A stretch of DNA of 64,000 nt. It comes from Actinomycetota bacterium. Its GTDB lineage: Bacteria > Actinomycetota > Actinomycetes > S36-B12 > CAIYMF01. The notes beneath the pieces are model-generated. The model was not told the DNA's origin and did no database searches. It worked only from the letters and a program-made list of their open reading frames with translations. The stretch spans positions 16,057-80,056 of the forward strand of contig JAPLAU010000029.1 of assembly GCA_026393115.1 (NCBI GenBank), in the 5' to 3' direction. The position numbers were made by a program, and so were the translations under genes. This document shows positions 1 to 9,265 of this stretch, in pieces; position 1 is the first letter of the stretch, and the number at the start of each line of letters is the position of its first letter.

Positions 1-1350
1 GCCGAACGCGCCCTCCGCCGGGATGTGGAGCAGGAGGTAGACCGAACGCCCGTCGACGTCGCTCATCGCGCCAGCGTAACGATCCTGGATGACGTTTGTC
101 CGCCAACTCCACGCTGCCAGGAACTCCAGCCCATGGGGAGCAACAACGATCGAGTTTGGCGCCAGGGCCACGTCGGAGGTCAACGTCTGGAACTCTTCCC
201 ACTCGCTGGCGGTCAATGCGGGCGGGGTTGCACCCAGCCGCAGTCCCAGCAGGGACATCATCACCACCGCAGCGGTGACGACCATGGCAGCAAGCGGCCA
301 CGTGGTAACCGGGGAGGCCACCCACAGCGCCGCCAACGCGAGGACCAGCGACAGGAAGGAGAGAGCGGCAAGTCGTGCCGACCATTCGTAGCCGATGAGC
401 GGGCTGGACAGCACGAACGTCGTGACGAGAAGCGAGACAAGAACGGGGATGATCTCCGGCGGCAGAGACCCGCGGCGTCGGACGCAGACAACAGCCAGCA
501 CAAGGCTCCCCACCTGGCCAGCCACCATAGCGAAGACAATGGGCCAGGGAACCACGCCTGGGCTGAACCTGAGGATGATCCACATGGGTGACTCGATCAG
601 CGTGCCCGGACTCAAGAGCAAATCGCTCACACGAGCGAGCCGATCCGGCGAGAACCACGCAAGCAAGGCGATGAAAACCCCAGCCAGGGCGAGAGGCGAG
701 AGCACGACCCAGGACTTGCCGGGTGCGGCGATGGCCCGCGCCACCAGCCAGAGAACCACGATGCACAGGGCAAGGAGGAACGTTCCGAAGTGAGTCAATG
801 CGAGGCCCAGCATGAGCACTACGCAAGCAATCCGCCGGGCGCGAGCAGGCACGGTCCACCACTCGATTATCAGGAACCCCATGGCTAGCAGCAGGGGAAC
901 CGCCGCTGCGTTCTTGATGAAGTCACCGGTCAAGAAGAACAACTGCACGGGATTCAGCAGGACGAGCGCACTCAGAATCGGCAGGAGCCACGGGCGATCG
1001 CGGTGCCGACGCGCGAACCAGGCAATGGGCACTACGGACGCTGCCATGAACAGGACCATGCTCATGCGCACCGCCATCGGCACGACGGTTGTCACGTCCG
1101 CTCCCGAGGCGAGGCGAAGCGCTTCCGCAAGGGCCGCCTGGGCGAGGAACACGAGCGGAACGTCGTTGAAGGCGAACCGACCCTCCTCAATAATCGCTCG
1201 GACCTGAACCCAGTAGTAGGCACCATCTAGACCTGGCAGCAGCGGCTGTGATGTCAGGTGAAGGGTGATCAAAACAGCTGCTACACAGACCGCGAGTGTT
1301 GCCATGAGAGGCGCGAGGTGAATCCCGCGCGCTGGTTCCGCGGTTCTCAT
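1..1350 (-). CDS. polytopic integral membrane protein, 3' end beyond window start (possibly a GT-C-type glycosyltransferase)
   Basis: Not in the ORF track because it runs off the window edge. Manual reverse-complement translation from ATG at 1350..1348 gives an unbroken 450-codon frame (MRTAEPARGIHLAPLMATLAVCVAAVLITLH...LLLHIPAEGAFG) with many hydrophobic helices. The plus-strand ORFs here are Arg/His-rich shadow frames. Confidence 0.6.
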   Translation of the reverse strand, partial: MRTAEPARGIHLAPLMATLAVCVAAVLITLHLTSQPLLPGLDGAYYWVQVRAIIEEGRFAFNDVPLVFLAQAALAEALRLASGADVTTVVPMAVRMSMVLFMAASVVPIAWFARRHRDRPWLLPILSALVLLNPVQLFFLTGDFIKNAAAVPLLLAMGFLIIEWWTVPARARRIACVVLMLGLALTHFGTFLLALCIVVLWLVARAIAAPGKSWVVLSPLALAGVFIALLAWFSPDRLARVSDLLLSPGTLIESPMWIILRFSPGVVPWPIVFAMVAGQVGSLVLAVVCVRRRGSLPPEIIPVLVSLLVTTFVLSSPLIGYEWSARLAALSFLSLVLALAALWVASPVTTWPLAAMVVTAAVVMMSLLGLRLGATPPALTASEWEEFQTLTSDVALAPNSIVVAPHGLEFLAAWSWRTNVIQDRYAGAMSDVDGRSVYLLLHIPAEGAFG

Positions 1351-1445
1351 GACGCCCTCATGAGTTGCTGCGTCGCTGCAGTGCATGCAGGGGCCGCATC
1401 GGATTCGCTGGTCATGATGTCCCTTCCCGCCGTGGCTTGCGTTCG

Positions 1446-2018
1446 CTACGAAGCTACCGGCGAGGTGTCAAGATCACGTGAAGAATCCGAGGGCATTCCA
1501 AGGCTGCTGGGCACAGCGGCGCCGAAGCCGTTTCCCGCCCCCATGGTTCCCAGGGCGCGTGGTGATTCGGGTGGGCAGCTTCGCCATAGCAGCGTCGATG
1601 GCGCCTGGTGCCCCTCTTCGTGGGTGACGCTCACGCTGTCAACGCCGACTGAAATCCGCCCCCTGACGATGATCGAGAACTGACCCCTCTCGGGTAGCGA
1701 GTGGGACTGCCACGGCCTCAGCAGCATCGTGGCGCCGACCGTCAGCACCGCTCCGATGCACTGACCGACGAAGAAGCCCGGAACCCGCGCCGGTGGGATC
1801 CCGGCGATTGTGTTCGAGAGTCTGCGCCCGACGGTCTCCGCAGGGTTGGCGAACGAGATGGAGGCAGTGAACCACTCGGCGCCGATGATGTAGGCGGCCA
1901 GGCCGGGCGCGATCCATTCGGATCGGCCACCGAGCGTCGACCCCTTCACGATGACGGTGCTTCGCCAGTTGACGCGTCCGGCACCTGCGGGCGCATGTCC
2001 GACCGTGGCCCGCTTCAA
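1446..2018 (-). pseudogene. MIP/aquaporin family remnant (C-terminal half only, TM5 - second NPA loop - TM6)
   Basis: APGLAAYIIGAEWFTASISFANPAETVGRRLSNTIAGIPPARVPGFFVGQCIGAVLTVGATMLL is a typical second-half MIP segment (about 1718..1940). No first NPA half exists upstream, because vapC starts at 2130. The non-MIP tail runs on to 1446. Confidence 0.55.
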
Positions 2019-2129
2019 CGTGAAGGACTACTCCCCTACCAGGTTCAGGAGTCGCTGCACCCGAACTACTGGGGGCCGCAGGCGGGCGACGCATCGTTAC
2101 GGTGGTCATCGCCGCGCTTGTCTGCTCCC

Positions 2130-2561
2130 TCACTCGTGCCGCGGGAGCAGGGCAAACCCTTCCGCGAGCGCAGCATCTGCCAGTGCACCATCGGCCGTGG
2201 CCACCCCATCGAGCCCACCGAGTACCGAACGGGCCACGATCGCCGTAGCCAACTGCACGGCGTCATAGGCACGCAGGCCGTGCCGCGCCACCGCCCGCTC
2301 GGCCTCGGTAAGGATCGATGAGGTTACTTCCAATGCGAGGAGTCTGCCGTCGGCGAGATCGGCACGCATCTGGTCTGAGAGCACTAGGGCATCACGCGCT
2401 GAGCACTCACCAAGCCGCTGCTTGCGCCAGAACGCCGACGCAACCTCCACCTGGGCCAGCGCCGACACCAGCAGGGGCTCTGGCAACGCCCGCACCATCT
2501 CAAATCCCAATTCAGGGACATAGAGCGTGACGAGCGAGGAACTGTCGGCGAACCAGATCAA
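2130..2561 (-). CDS. vapC: PIN-domain toxin VapC (copy 1 of a paralogous pair)
   Basis: 143 aa with PIN-like acidic residues (FADSS.., ..AYDAVQLATA..). 4-bp overlap with the upstream antitoxin gene. About 85% aa identity by eye to the ORF at 8834..9265. Confidence 0.85.
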   Translation of the reverse strand: MIWFADSSSLVTLYVPELGFEMVRALPEPLLVSALAQVEVASAFWRKQRLGECSARDALVLSDQMRADLADGRLLALEVTSSILTEAERAVARHGLRAYDAVQLATAIVARSVLGGLDGVATADGALADAALAEGFALLPRHE

Positions 2562-2854
2562 CGACCCTCGCTCACGAGATCGGCGACGGATGCTCCGGAC
2601 GCCAGCCGCTCACCCGCCGCAGCAACTTCGGCCGGCGTGCCCACGGGGCGCGACGGCTCGTAGTCGACCACCGTCACGCCGCCGCGTCGCAGCCGTTCAC
2701 GCACCATGTCAACCTCGGACCCAGCCGTGCTGGGGTCGGTGGCGGCGCTCAGTACCAGCGTGACGAACTCGTTGAGAGATCGGTCGCTGCCTGCCGCAGC
2801 CGCCTTGACTTGCAAGAGAAGCTCATCGCTCATCCGCCAGGTCATTTGTGCCAT
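2558..2854 (-). CDS. vapB: ribbon-helix-helix type antitoxin (VapB-like)
   Basis: 98 aa, MAQMTWRMSDELLLQVKAAAAGSDRSLNEFVTLVL (RHH N-terminus). Stop overlaps the vapC start. Confidence 0.8.
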   Translation of the reverse strand: MAQMTWRMSDELLLQVKAAAAGSDRSLNEFVTLVLSAATDPSTAGSEVDMVRERLRRGGVTVVDYEPSRPVGTPAEVAAAGERLASGASVADLVSEGR

Positions 2855-4098
2855 GCAGGCATGATAACAGGCATGCCTGCATCATTGATGCTTTCTTGCC
2901 GGTACACCCGAGGTGGACCGGCTCAGGTACCCAGTCGAACATGAACGTCAACGAGGTCGTCTCCAACCGTTGCATTCAACTAGTGGGCGGCAAGCTCGGC
3001 ACCCAGGAGCCCATCCACCCGAATGACCACGTCAACATGGGGCAGTCATCGAACGACACGTTTCCCTCGGCTATGCACATTGCTGCCTACACGATGGCGA
3101 CCGAGAAAACGATCCCCGCGTTGAAGCGCCTCCAGAAGGCTTTGGAGAAGAAGTCGCGCGAGTGGAATTCGGTCGTGAAGATCGGGCGTACGCACCTCGA
3201 AGACGCCACACCGCTTACCGTGGGCCAGGAGTGGTCGGGCTACGCAGCGGCACTTGAGGACGCCATCGCTGAGGTCGAGCACGCCACTCGCCAACTGCTT
3301 GACCTAGCCATGGGCGGTACCGCAGTGGGCACTGGGCTTAACTCCCCGGCGGGGTTCGGCGACGAGGTGGCGGCAGTCATCGCCAAGCTGACCGGCTACC
3401 CGTTCCGAACAGCCACGAACAAGTTTGCCGCGCAGGGAACACTCGACCGCATGGTGCGTGCTCACGCCGGATTGAAGACCGCGTCCGTGACTCTCTTCAA
3501 GATCGCCAACGACATGCGGTGGCTCGGTTCCGGTCCGCGCACCGGTCTCATGGAGTTGATTCTGCCGTCCAACGAGCCTGGCTCGTCGATCATGCCCGGC
3601 AAGGTTAACCCCACGCAGGCCGAGGCGATGCTCATGGTCTGCATCCAGATCATGTCGTCCGACGTCGCGGTGCAGATGGGTGGCGCTGAGGGCAACTTCG
3701 AGTTGAACGCATTCCGCCCCATCATCATCAATAACTACCTGCACTCGGCGCTGATCATGGCCGACATGTGCGACCACTTCCGCGAGTTCATGATCGAAGG
3801 TGCGCAGCTAAACAAGCCCCAGATCAAGGAGAACATCGACAAGTCGGTCATGATGGTCACCGCCCTGTCGCCGATCATCGGCTACGACCAGGCATCGGTC
3901 ATCTCGCACTACGCAATCGACAACAACCTCACCCTGCGCGACGCAGCCCTGAAGAACGGTGTCACAGCTGAGTTGTTCGACCGGGTTGTAGTGCCGATCA
4001 AAATGACCCGCCCCGACGGTGCCGCACCCGCGAAGAAACTCACGGCAAAGAAGCCTGCGGCAAAGAAGAGTGCCGCACGATCTCGGAGTGCCAAGTGA
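2848..4098 (+). pseudogene. fumC: class II fumarate hydratase lacking about 90-95 N-terminal codons, with a Lys/Ala-rich C-terminal tail
   Basis: Homology starts at about 2890 with WTGSGTQSNMNVNEV, which sits near residue 95 in E. coli FumC. The GSSIMPGKVNPTQ signature is present. The reading frame is intact to 4098 and the first in-frame ATG is at 2941. It may still be expressed. Confidence 0.7.
2853..2882. promoter_or_regulatory. palindromic putative operator/promoter of vapBC-1
   Basis: ATGCAGGCATG-N8-CATGCCTGCAT has 11-bp perfect arms. Read on the minus strand, the spacer is TGTTATCA, and a TATCAT (-10-like) hexamer spanning spacer and proximal arm lies about 6 nt before the vapB ATG, suggesting a leaderless transcript. 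Confidence 0.5.
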
Positions 4099-4901
4099 CC
4101 TCAGCGACACCCGAGCTCGTCGGTAAAGCGGCTCTGGTCTCCCAAGTGGGGAACAGGCAGTTCCGTGCGACATGGACCAGTGACTCCCACCGTGCTCGCA
4201 GGCTTCTCGCCGAGTTCATCGGCACCTTCGGTTTGATGTTCGTACTGTCTGCAGGCGCGGCGATCCTGGCGAAGTACGGGGGCGGTGACCCGCCCTCGTA
4301 CGTTGTCGCTCTCGTGCTGTCGTCGTTCGCAGCACTGTGGCTTCTCTTGGCGATCCTTTTCCTCGGCGACATGTCCTCGCACTTCAATCCGGCGATGACC
4401 CTCGCGTTCGCCCTGCGGCGCGACATGGGCTGGACGATGGCGATCGCGTACTGGGTGGTGCAGTGCGTCGCGGCAATCGCAGGGGCGTTGCTCGCCAAGT
4501 GGTTCTTCGGACCAATGGGCAACCTCGCCGCCACCCGACCCCCAGCGGGCCTGGAGTGGTCGGCGGTGGCATTCGAGGCGCTGCTCACCTTCGGCCTCGT
4601 ACTTATGGTGCTCGGCATGGCAAACGGTCCCAAGCTCGATGGGCCCTACGTACCCTTCGCCGTAGCCGCCTACATCATGGCACTGGGGTCGCTTGGCGGC
4701 CCGTTCGAAGGCGCGGCGATGAACCCCGCGCGTGCGCTGGGCCCCGACGTAGCGCTGGCTGACCTCAGCACTTACTGGGTGTACCTAGTGGGTCCATTCG
4801 CCGGAGCGGCGCTCGCTGTGGGTGCGGCCTACGTGCTCCGCGGCCCGGCGAAATCTCAGGAGGCAATTGCGGCGATGGGTGACCCGACCGCCACTGAGTA
4901 A
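4095..4901 (+). CDS. MIP family channel (aquaporin/glycerol-facilitator-like)
   Basis: Two NPA motifs (SSHFNPAMTLAF and GAAMNPARALGP) and six hydrophobic helices. The GTG start overlaps the fumC stop (GTGA). Confidence 0.85.
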   Translation: MTSATPELVGKAALVSQVGNRQFRATWTSDSHRARRLLAEFIGTFGLMFVLSAGAAILAKYGGGDPPSYVVALVLSSFAALWLLLAILFLGDMSSHFNPAMTLAFALRRDMGWTMAIAYWVVQCVAAIAGALLAKWFFGPMGNLAATRPPAGLEWSAVAFEALLTFGLVLMVLGMANGPKLDGPYVPFAVAAYIMALGSLGGPFEGAAMNPARALGPDVALADLSTYWVYLVGPFAGAALAVGAAYVLRGPAKSQEAIAAMGDPTATE

Positions 4902-4926
4902 CGCGAAAACTGAGTGGCCGCAAGCT

Positions 4927-4942
4927 GAGGGAAGGTTCCCTC
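4927..4942. terminator. short hairpin between convergent genes
   Basis: GAGGGAA-GG-TTCCCTC, a 7-bp stem between the MIP stop (4901) and the lipoprotein stop (4986). No clear U tract. Confidence 0.3.
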
Positions 4943-4985
4943 CGGTAGCGCCATCGATGCCCAACGCCGCGGCATGCCTCGCTGC

Positions 4986-6056
4986 CTACTGCGCTTTACC
5001 TCCGATTGACGTCAGGACGGCGTTGTTCATGCGATCGATAGCCGCCTGATCGGTGAAGGACATGCAAGCTGTGACCCGCCCATTCGCCGCCGGATCTGGG
5101 ATAAACCAGTCGTGCGTCCTGTCGGAACCGAGATTGGGCGGGCCTAACTCCAGCTCGTACCGAGCTGGACCGCATACGAAGTCCTCAGGGTGGAGGTATC
5201 TCCACAGGACTCCCGCGTCCCAGATCGGCTTGGTCGGACCGAAGATCGAGGCCCACCATTCGGTGTATGCCTGCGATGCGCTGCCGAAGTAGGCGGCCGT
5301 CGGGTCAGCACTGGCGGCGAGTGCGTCGACAATGTCGGTGGGCATCGCCGCCGAGGACGAAGCCTCGAAGGTGACAGCGGTGAACGGGATGGACGATTCG
5401 TCCAGGATCACCGAGAGCGCTCGCGGGTCCATTGAGTAGTTGAAATCGCGTGCCGGTTTCCCTGCATAGATCACCGGACCAGGACGGCCGCCGACGAGGG
5501 CGACGACCTCCTTGATGTGCGAGGCCTCCGTGGGGTACGCCAACACGAGGCAGGCGACGTCCGTCAGCGGGCCGGCGGCCAAAATCGTGATGCCCTGCCT
5601 AGTACGCAGCTGGTCTGCCATGAAGGTCACACCGTCGTTCACACAGGTCGGTGACAGGTCGACCCCCGCATTGTCCTTCGTCGCGACCATCGGCAACCAC
5701 GTGGCAGCACCCGGATGCAACGGCAGATGCATATTCAGTCGTTCGAGTGCCTGCTGCGTAACGACCATCTCAGGGGCCAGTGGCCCGTTGCCCATCGTCA
5801 CGACGATGCCCAGAACGTCGACATCCGGCACATCGCGCATCAGGGCGAGCGCCCACGTATCGTCATAGTCCGATGGCGTGCGCATAGTGCCGTTGGCGTT
5901 GCCTGACGTCAGGCCCATCGCGAGGTCCATCGACAAGATCACCGCCGGGTTGCTTGCCGATGTCGACACCACCCCCCCCTCACTCGTCGCACCCATTGAA
6001 CATCCCGAGAGCAGCAATGCAGCACACGCGCCTGCAAACAGAGGCAGTTTCTTCAC
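4986..6056 (-). CDS. secreted lipoprotein, nucleoside hydrolase (IUNH)-like
   Basis: MKKLPLFAGACAALLLSGC lipobox. The segment D..DYDDTWALALMRDVPDVDVLGIVVTMGNG resembles the IUNH N-terminal motif but carries an insertion. Confidence 0.5.
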   Translation of the reverse strand: MKKLPLFAGACAALLLSGCSMGATSEGGVVSTSASNPAVILSMDLAMGLTSGNANGTMRTPSDYDDTWALALMRDVPDVDVLGIVVTMGNGPLAPEMVVTQQALERLNMHLPLHPGAATWLPMVATKDNAGVDLSPTCVNDGVTFMADQLRTRQGITILAAGPLTDVACLVLAYPTEASHIKEVVALVGGRPGPVIYAGKPARDFNYSMDPRALSVILDESSIPFTAVTFEASSSAAMPTDIVDALAASADPTAAYFGSASQAYTEWWASIFGPTKPIWDAGVLWRYLHPEDFVCGPARYELELGPPNLGSDRTHDWFIPDPAANGRVTACMSFTDQAAIDRMNNAVLTSIGGKAQ

Positions 6057-6319
6057 GAGGGTCCCGATCGATTAAATGAACATGTGCCCGCGCATGGTGA
6101 AGCGCGGCGGGGACATGTGCATTGTTGGCCAGCGGATTCACGATGGTCCCACACCGAATGCGACCACGCCGGCGAAGGCAGCCACCACGGAGACCAAGAA
6201 GGCCTGAGCTTGCCGCGCAAGGTCCCCCTGACGCAATGCGCGTCGGGGGGACTTTGCGATGCCGTCACAATCCTGTCTGAAGTGACAGCGTGAACGTGGT
6301 GTCGCGTTCCTTTCCAGTC

Positions 6320-8590
6320 CTAGCGCCCGGTGACCGAGATCCGGAAACCGCGCCAGGGGTTGATGGCGTAGCCCGGGACTGTCTGCGGCGTTACACCGAC
6401 GGCCGAAAGCCACATCTGGTAGGCGGTTGCGGTGGTAACGCCACCGTGCCAACGACGCCACACGATCTTCGGATCAGTCAGCTCCGGCGGCGGCGCGATC
6501 GTGTCCAGGACCTCCACGACGTTTCCTCCCTGGTCGAGTGTGCCCCATGGTGACCGCGTCTTCGCTTGACCCACAGGAGTCATGTTGCCGTTGTAAGGAA
6601 GGATCGCGGGGAACGGCGAGCGCGCCGTGCACTCCTCCGCAGTCAGCACGAGCACTGGGCACCAGTCCGGAGCCGTGCCGGGGATGGCGACGAACGATGC
6701 CAGCGGCTGCTGCGACGCATTGGTGACGTTGCCGTTGGCATCCATCACGGTTGCGTTGGGCTGCTCACCCTCGGCACAGCCCTCCTCATCGACAGGGCAG
6801 TTGACGAACAAGCCAGGGTTCGTCGGGTAGTCCCAGTATGAGAACTTGCCGCCACCGTTCGGGTCGAAGTAGGCCGCCTTGATCCACTCGTCCTGGCTCG
6901 TGATGGCAAACCCCTTAGCCGCGGTGCGCTTGGTGCGGGGGTTGTTCATGTTGTACATGCCGGAATCTGTGCGCGTGGACATGCGAACCACGTAAATCGT
7001 CCTGCGCAGCGCCTTGTGGTCGACCGTGGTCGATGTGATGGTCCGTTTCGACAGCACTTTGCCGTTCTGTACGGAGTTGATGAAGCGCGCCGCCCGGTTG
7101 AAGTCGGCCGAGTTGTACGGGCGACTTGCCCAGCCTGGGGAGGCAACGTAGAACCTGTGACCCGGGTCCGCCTTCAGGTTGCGGTTGATTGAGCCGTACT
7201 TCGGCCATACCGCCGACTGCTCCGGCTCGTCCCACAGGTGGTTGGCGTTGAGGCCGTTCGGATCAACGAGATTGAGGAAGTTCACCCACTGTTGAGTGGT
7301 GATCTCAAACTCGCCGACGTTGTATTTGACCGGCACCCCACCCACGGCCATGCAGGAGATCGCCGACTCCTTTTGCACTGAGGGATCGGGGTTGGCCTGC
7401 GTGGCTTGGTACACATCCGGAAGCGCCTGCTCGCAAGTCGACTTCGACTCGTAGACATCGTTGTAGAAGGGGATGATCCATGCCGGTCGGTTGCTCGGAG
7501 AGCCGACGGTAACGGTCGAGAGAGTCACTCGCGTCACTTGACGTGCCACGCTCGTCGCCACCTTGGTCACCGTGTTCGAGATAAAGTTGACGGCATAGAG
7601 GTTACCGACCGAGTCGACCGTGATACCCGACGGCCGAATCTCGGTCACTGCGGCAATGTGCGACTTACCCTGCGGGGTAATCATCGAGATGCTGTTGTCG
7701 CCGTTGTTCGTGGTGAAGACGTTGCCCTTCGAATCGACCGTGATGCCGATCGGGCGCTGACCAGTCGCGCCCAGAATCACTGCACGGCCGCTCGGGGAAA
7801 TCTTCGAGACGTTGGACGTGGTCCAGTTGGCCGTGTAGACGTTGCCCGCCCGGTCGATGTCGATCGCCTGCGGCCAGCCGCCGGTGCGGCCGAACAAGCG
7901 GGACTGGCCACCTGGCGTAATGCGGGTGACGGTGTCGGAGCCCTCGTCGGCCGTGTAGACATTTCCGACGCTGTCTAGCGCGATTCCGAGTGGGTGCGTG
8001 CCAGTGTCACCCAGAACAGTGGAATCGCCGTTCGGGGTAATCTGCGTGACCGTGCTGTCGAGGTAGTTGGTGACGAACACAACGCCGGCGTGGTTGACCT
8101 TGATTCCGATCGCACCTTTGCCGGTCGTGCCCAACGTTGTCGAGACTCCCCCGCTGGTGATCTTCGTGACAGTACTGTCGCCAAAGTTCGACGTGTACAC
8201 ATTGCCGTCATCATCGAGAGCGATACCCATGGGCTGCTTACCGGTGGTGCCGAGGATCGACGAGTAGCCCTTGCTGGTGACCTTGGTGACGGAGTCGCCA
8301 CCTGAATCTGCCGTATAGATCGTGCCGAATTTGTCGACGACCACGGAGTTCGGCTGCGAGCCGGTAGTGCCGTAGATCGACCATGCCCGCATGGGCAGGG
8401 ACGCCGCCTTCGTTATGGGCGTGAGCCTAGGCCTGAGCACCGCGTTATCCCTGGCCGCTGGAGCGACGAAATTTGCGATGGTGTCAGCGGAGGCAGAGTC
8501 GGGTGCGGCGGCCTGGGCAGCGATCGGCGCGTTCGCAACAGCTGTCGTCGCGACCAATGCTGCGGCGGCTAGGGCAGGAAGAAATTTCAT
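6320..8590 (-). CDS. secreted NHL-repeat beta-propeller protein fused to an FGE/SUMF1-like C-terminal domain
   Basis: Signal peptide MKFLPALAAAALVATTAVANAPIAAQA, so I prefer the ATG at 8590 over the ORF-track start at 8680. About 9 repeats of the type D..GN(V/I)YT.....(S/T)V(T/S)KI(T/S)..G. C-terminal motifs SPWGTLDQGGNVVEVLD, WRRWHGG and GFRISV are FGE-sulfatase-like. Confidence 0.65.
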   Translation of the reverse strand: MKFLPALAAAALVATTAVANAPIAAQAAAPDSASADTIANFVAPAARDNAVLRPRLTPITKAASLPMRAWSIYGTTGSQPNSVVVDKFGTIYTADSGGDSVTKVTSKGYSSILGTTGKQPMGIALDDDGNVYTSNFGDSTVTKITSGGVSTTLGTTGKGAIGIKVNHAGVVFVTNYLDSTVTQITPNGDSTVLGDTGTHPLGIALDSVGNVYTADEGSDTVTRITPGGQSRLFGRTGGWPQAIDIDRAGNVYTANWTTSNVSKISPSGRAVILGATGQRPIGITVDSKGNVFTTNNGDNSISMITPQGKSHIAAVTEIRPSGITVDSVGNLYAVNFISNTVTKVATSVARQVTRVTLSTVTVGSPSNRPAWIIPFYNDVYESKSTCEQALPDVYQATQANPDPSVQKESAISCMAVGGVPVKYNVGEFEITTQQWVNFLNLVDPNGLNANHLWDEPEQSAVWPKYGSINRNLKADPGHRFYVASPGWASRPYNSADFNRAARFINSVQNGKVLSKRTITSTTVDHKALRRTIYVVRMSTRTDSGMYNMNNPRTKRTAAKGFAITSQDEWIKAAYFDPNGGGKFSYWDYPTNPGLFVNCPVDEEGCAEGEQPNATVMDANGNVTNASQQPLASFVAIPGTAPDWCPVLVLTAEECTARSPFPAILPYNGNMTPVGQAKTRSPWGTLDQGGNVVEVLDTIAPPPELTDPKIVWRRWHGGVTTATAYQMWLSAVGVTPQTVPGYAINPWRGFRISVTGR

Positions 8591-8697
8591 GAGTACACCC
8601 AAGGAGTGAAGAAGTGGATCGCGTCTAACGGGGTCCAAATCACCATACCTCGCTTCCCGTGGCCAATTCGCCGCCGGCAATGCAAACCCTCCTTACC

Positions 8698-8830
8698 GCG
8701 CTTTGCCTCCGATGGACGTCAGGACGGCGTTGTTCATGCGATTGATGGCTGCCTGATCGGTGAAGGACATGCACGCGGTGACCCGCCCATTCGCCGCCGG
8801 ATCCGGAATGAACCAGTCGTGGGTCTTACT
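8698..8830 (-). pseudogene. 3' remnant of a paralog of the 4986..6056 nucleoside-hydrolase-like gene
   Basis: About 135 nt roughly 88% identical by eye to 4986..5125. It translates to ..HDWFIPDPAANGRVTACMSFTDQAAINRMNNAVLTSIGGKAR*. The upstream part is replaced by vapC-2. Confidence 0.6.
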
Positions 8831-8833
8831 ACC

Positions 8834-9265
8834 TCACTCCTCCCTTGGGAGCCCAGCAAACCCCTCCGCGAGCGCAGCATCAGCCAGTGCACCGTCGGAC
8901 GTGGCCACGCCGTCGAGCCCACCGAGTGCTGACCGGGCCGCCATAGCCGTGGCTAACTGCACTGCGTCAAAGGCACGCAGGCCGTGCCGCGCCACAGCCC
9001 GCTCAGCATCGGCAAGAATCGACATGGTCACCTCCAAGGCGAGGAGTCTGCCGTTCGCGTGATCCGCTCGCGCCTGGTCCGAGAGCAACAGGGCGTCACG
9101 TGTTGAGCACTCGCCGAGCCGTTGCTTGCGCCAGAACGCCGATGCAATTTCCACCTGCGCCAGCGCCGACACCACCAGCGGCTCTGGTAGCGCCCGCACC
9201 ACCTCGAATCCCCGTTCAGGGACGTAGAGCTTGACGAGCGAGGAACTGTCGGCGAACCAGGTCAA
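8834..9265 (-). CDS. vapC: PIN-domain toxin VapC (copy 2)
   Basis: 143 aa, collinear with 2130..2561 at about 85% identity. Confidence 0.85.
   Translation of the reverse strand: MTWFADSSSLVKLYVPERGFEVVRALPEPLVVSALAQVEIASAFWRKQRLGECSTRDALLLSDQARADHANGRLLALEVTMSILADAERAVARHGLRAFDAVQLATAMAARSALGGLDGVATSDGALADAALAEGFAGLPREE

Noticed and set aside
1..1350. Plus-strand ORFs at 25..591, 395..793, 812..1207 and others as genes
   Set aside because: They are highly Arg/His/Gln-rich and fragmented. The opposite strand gives one continuous 450-codon membrane-protein frame.
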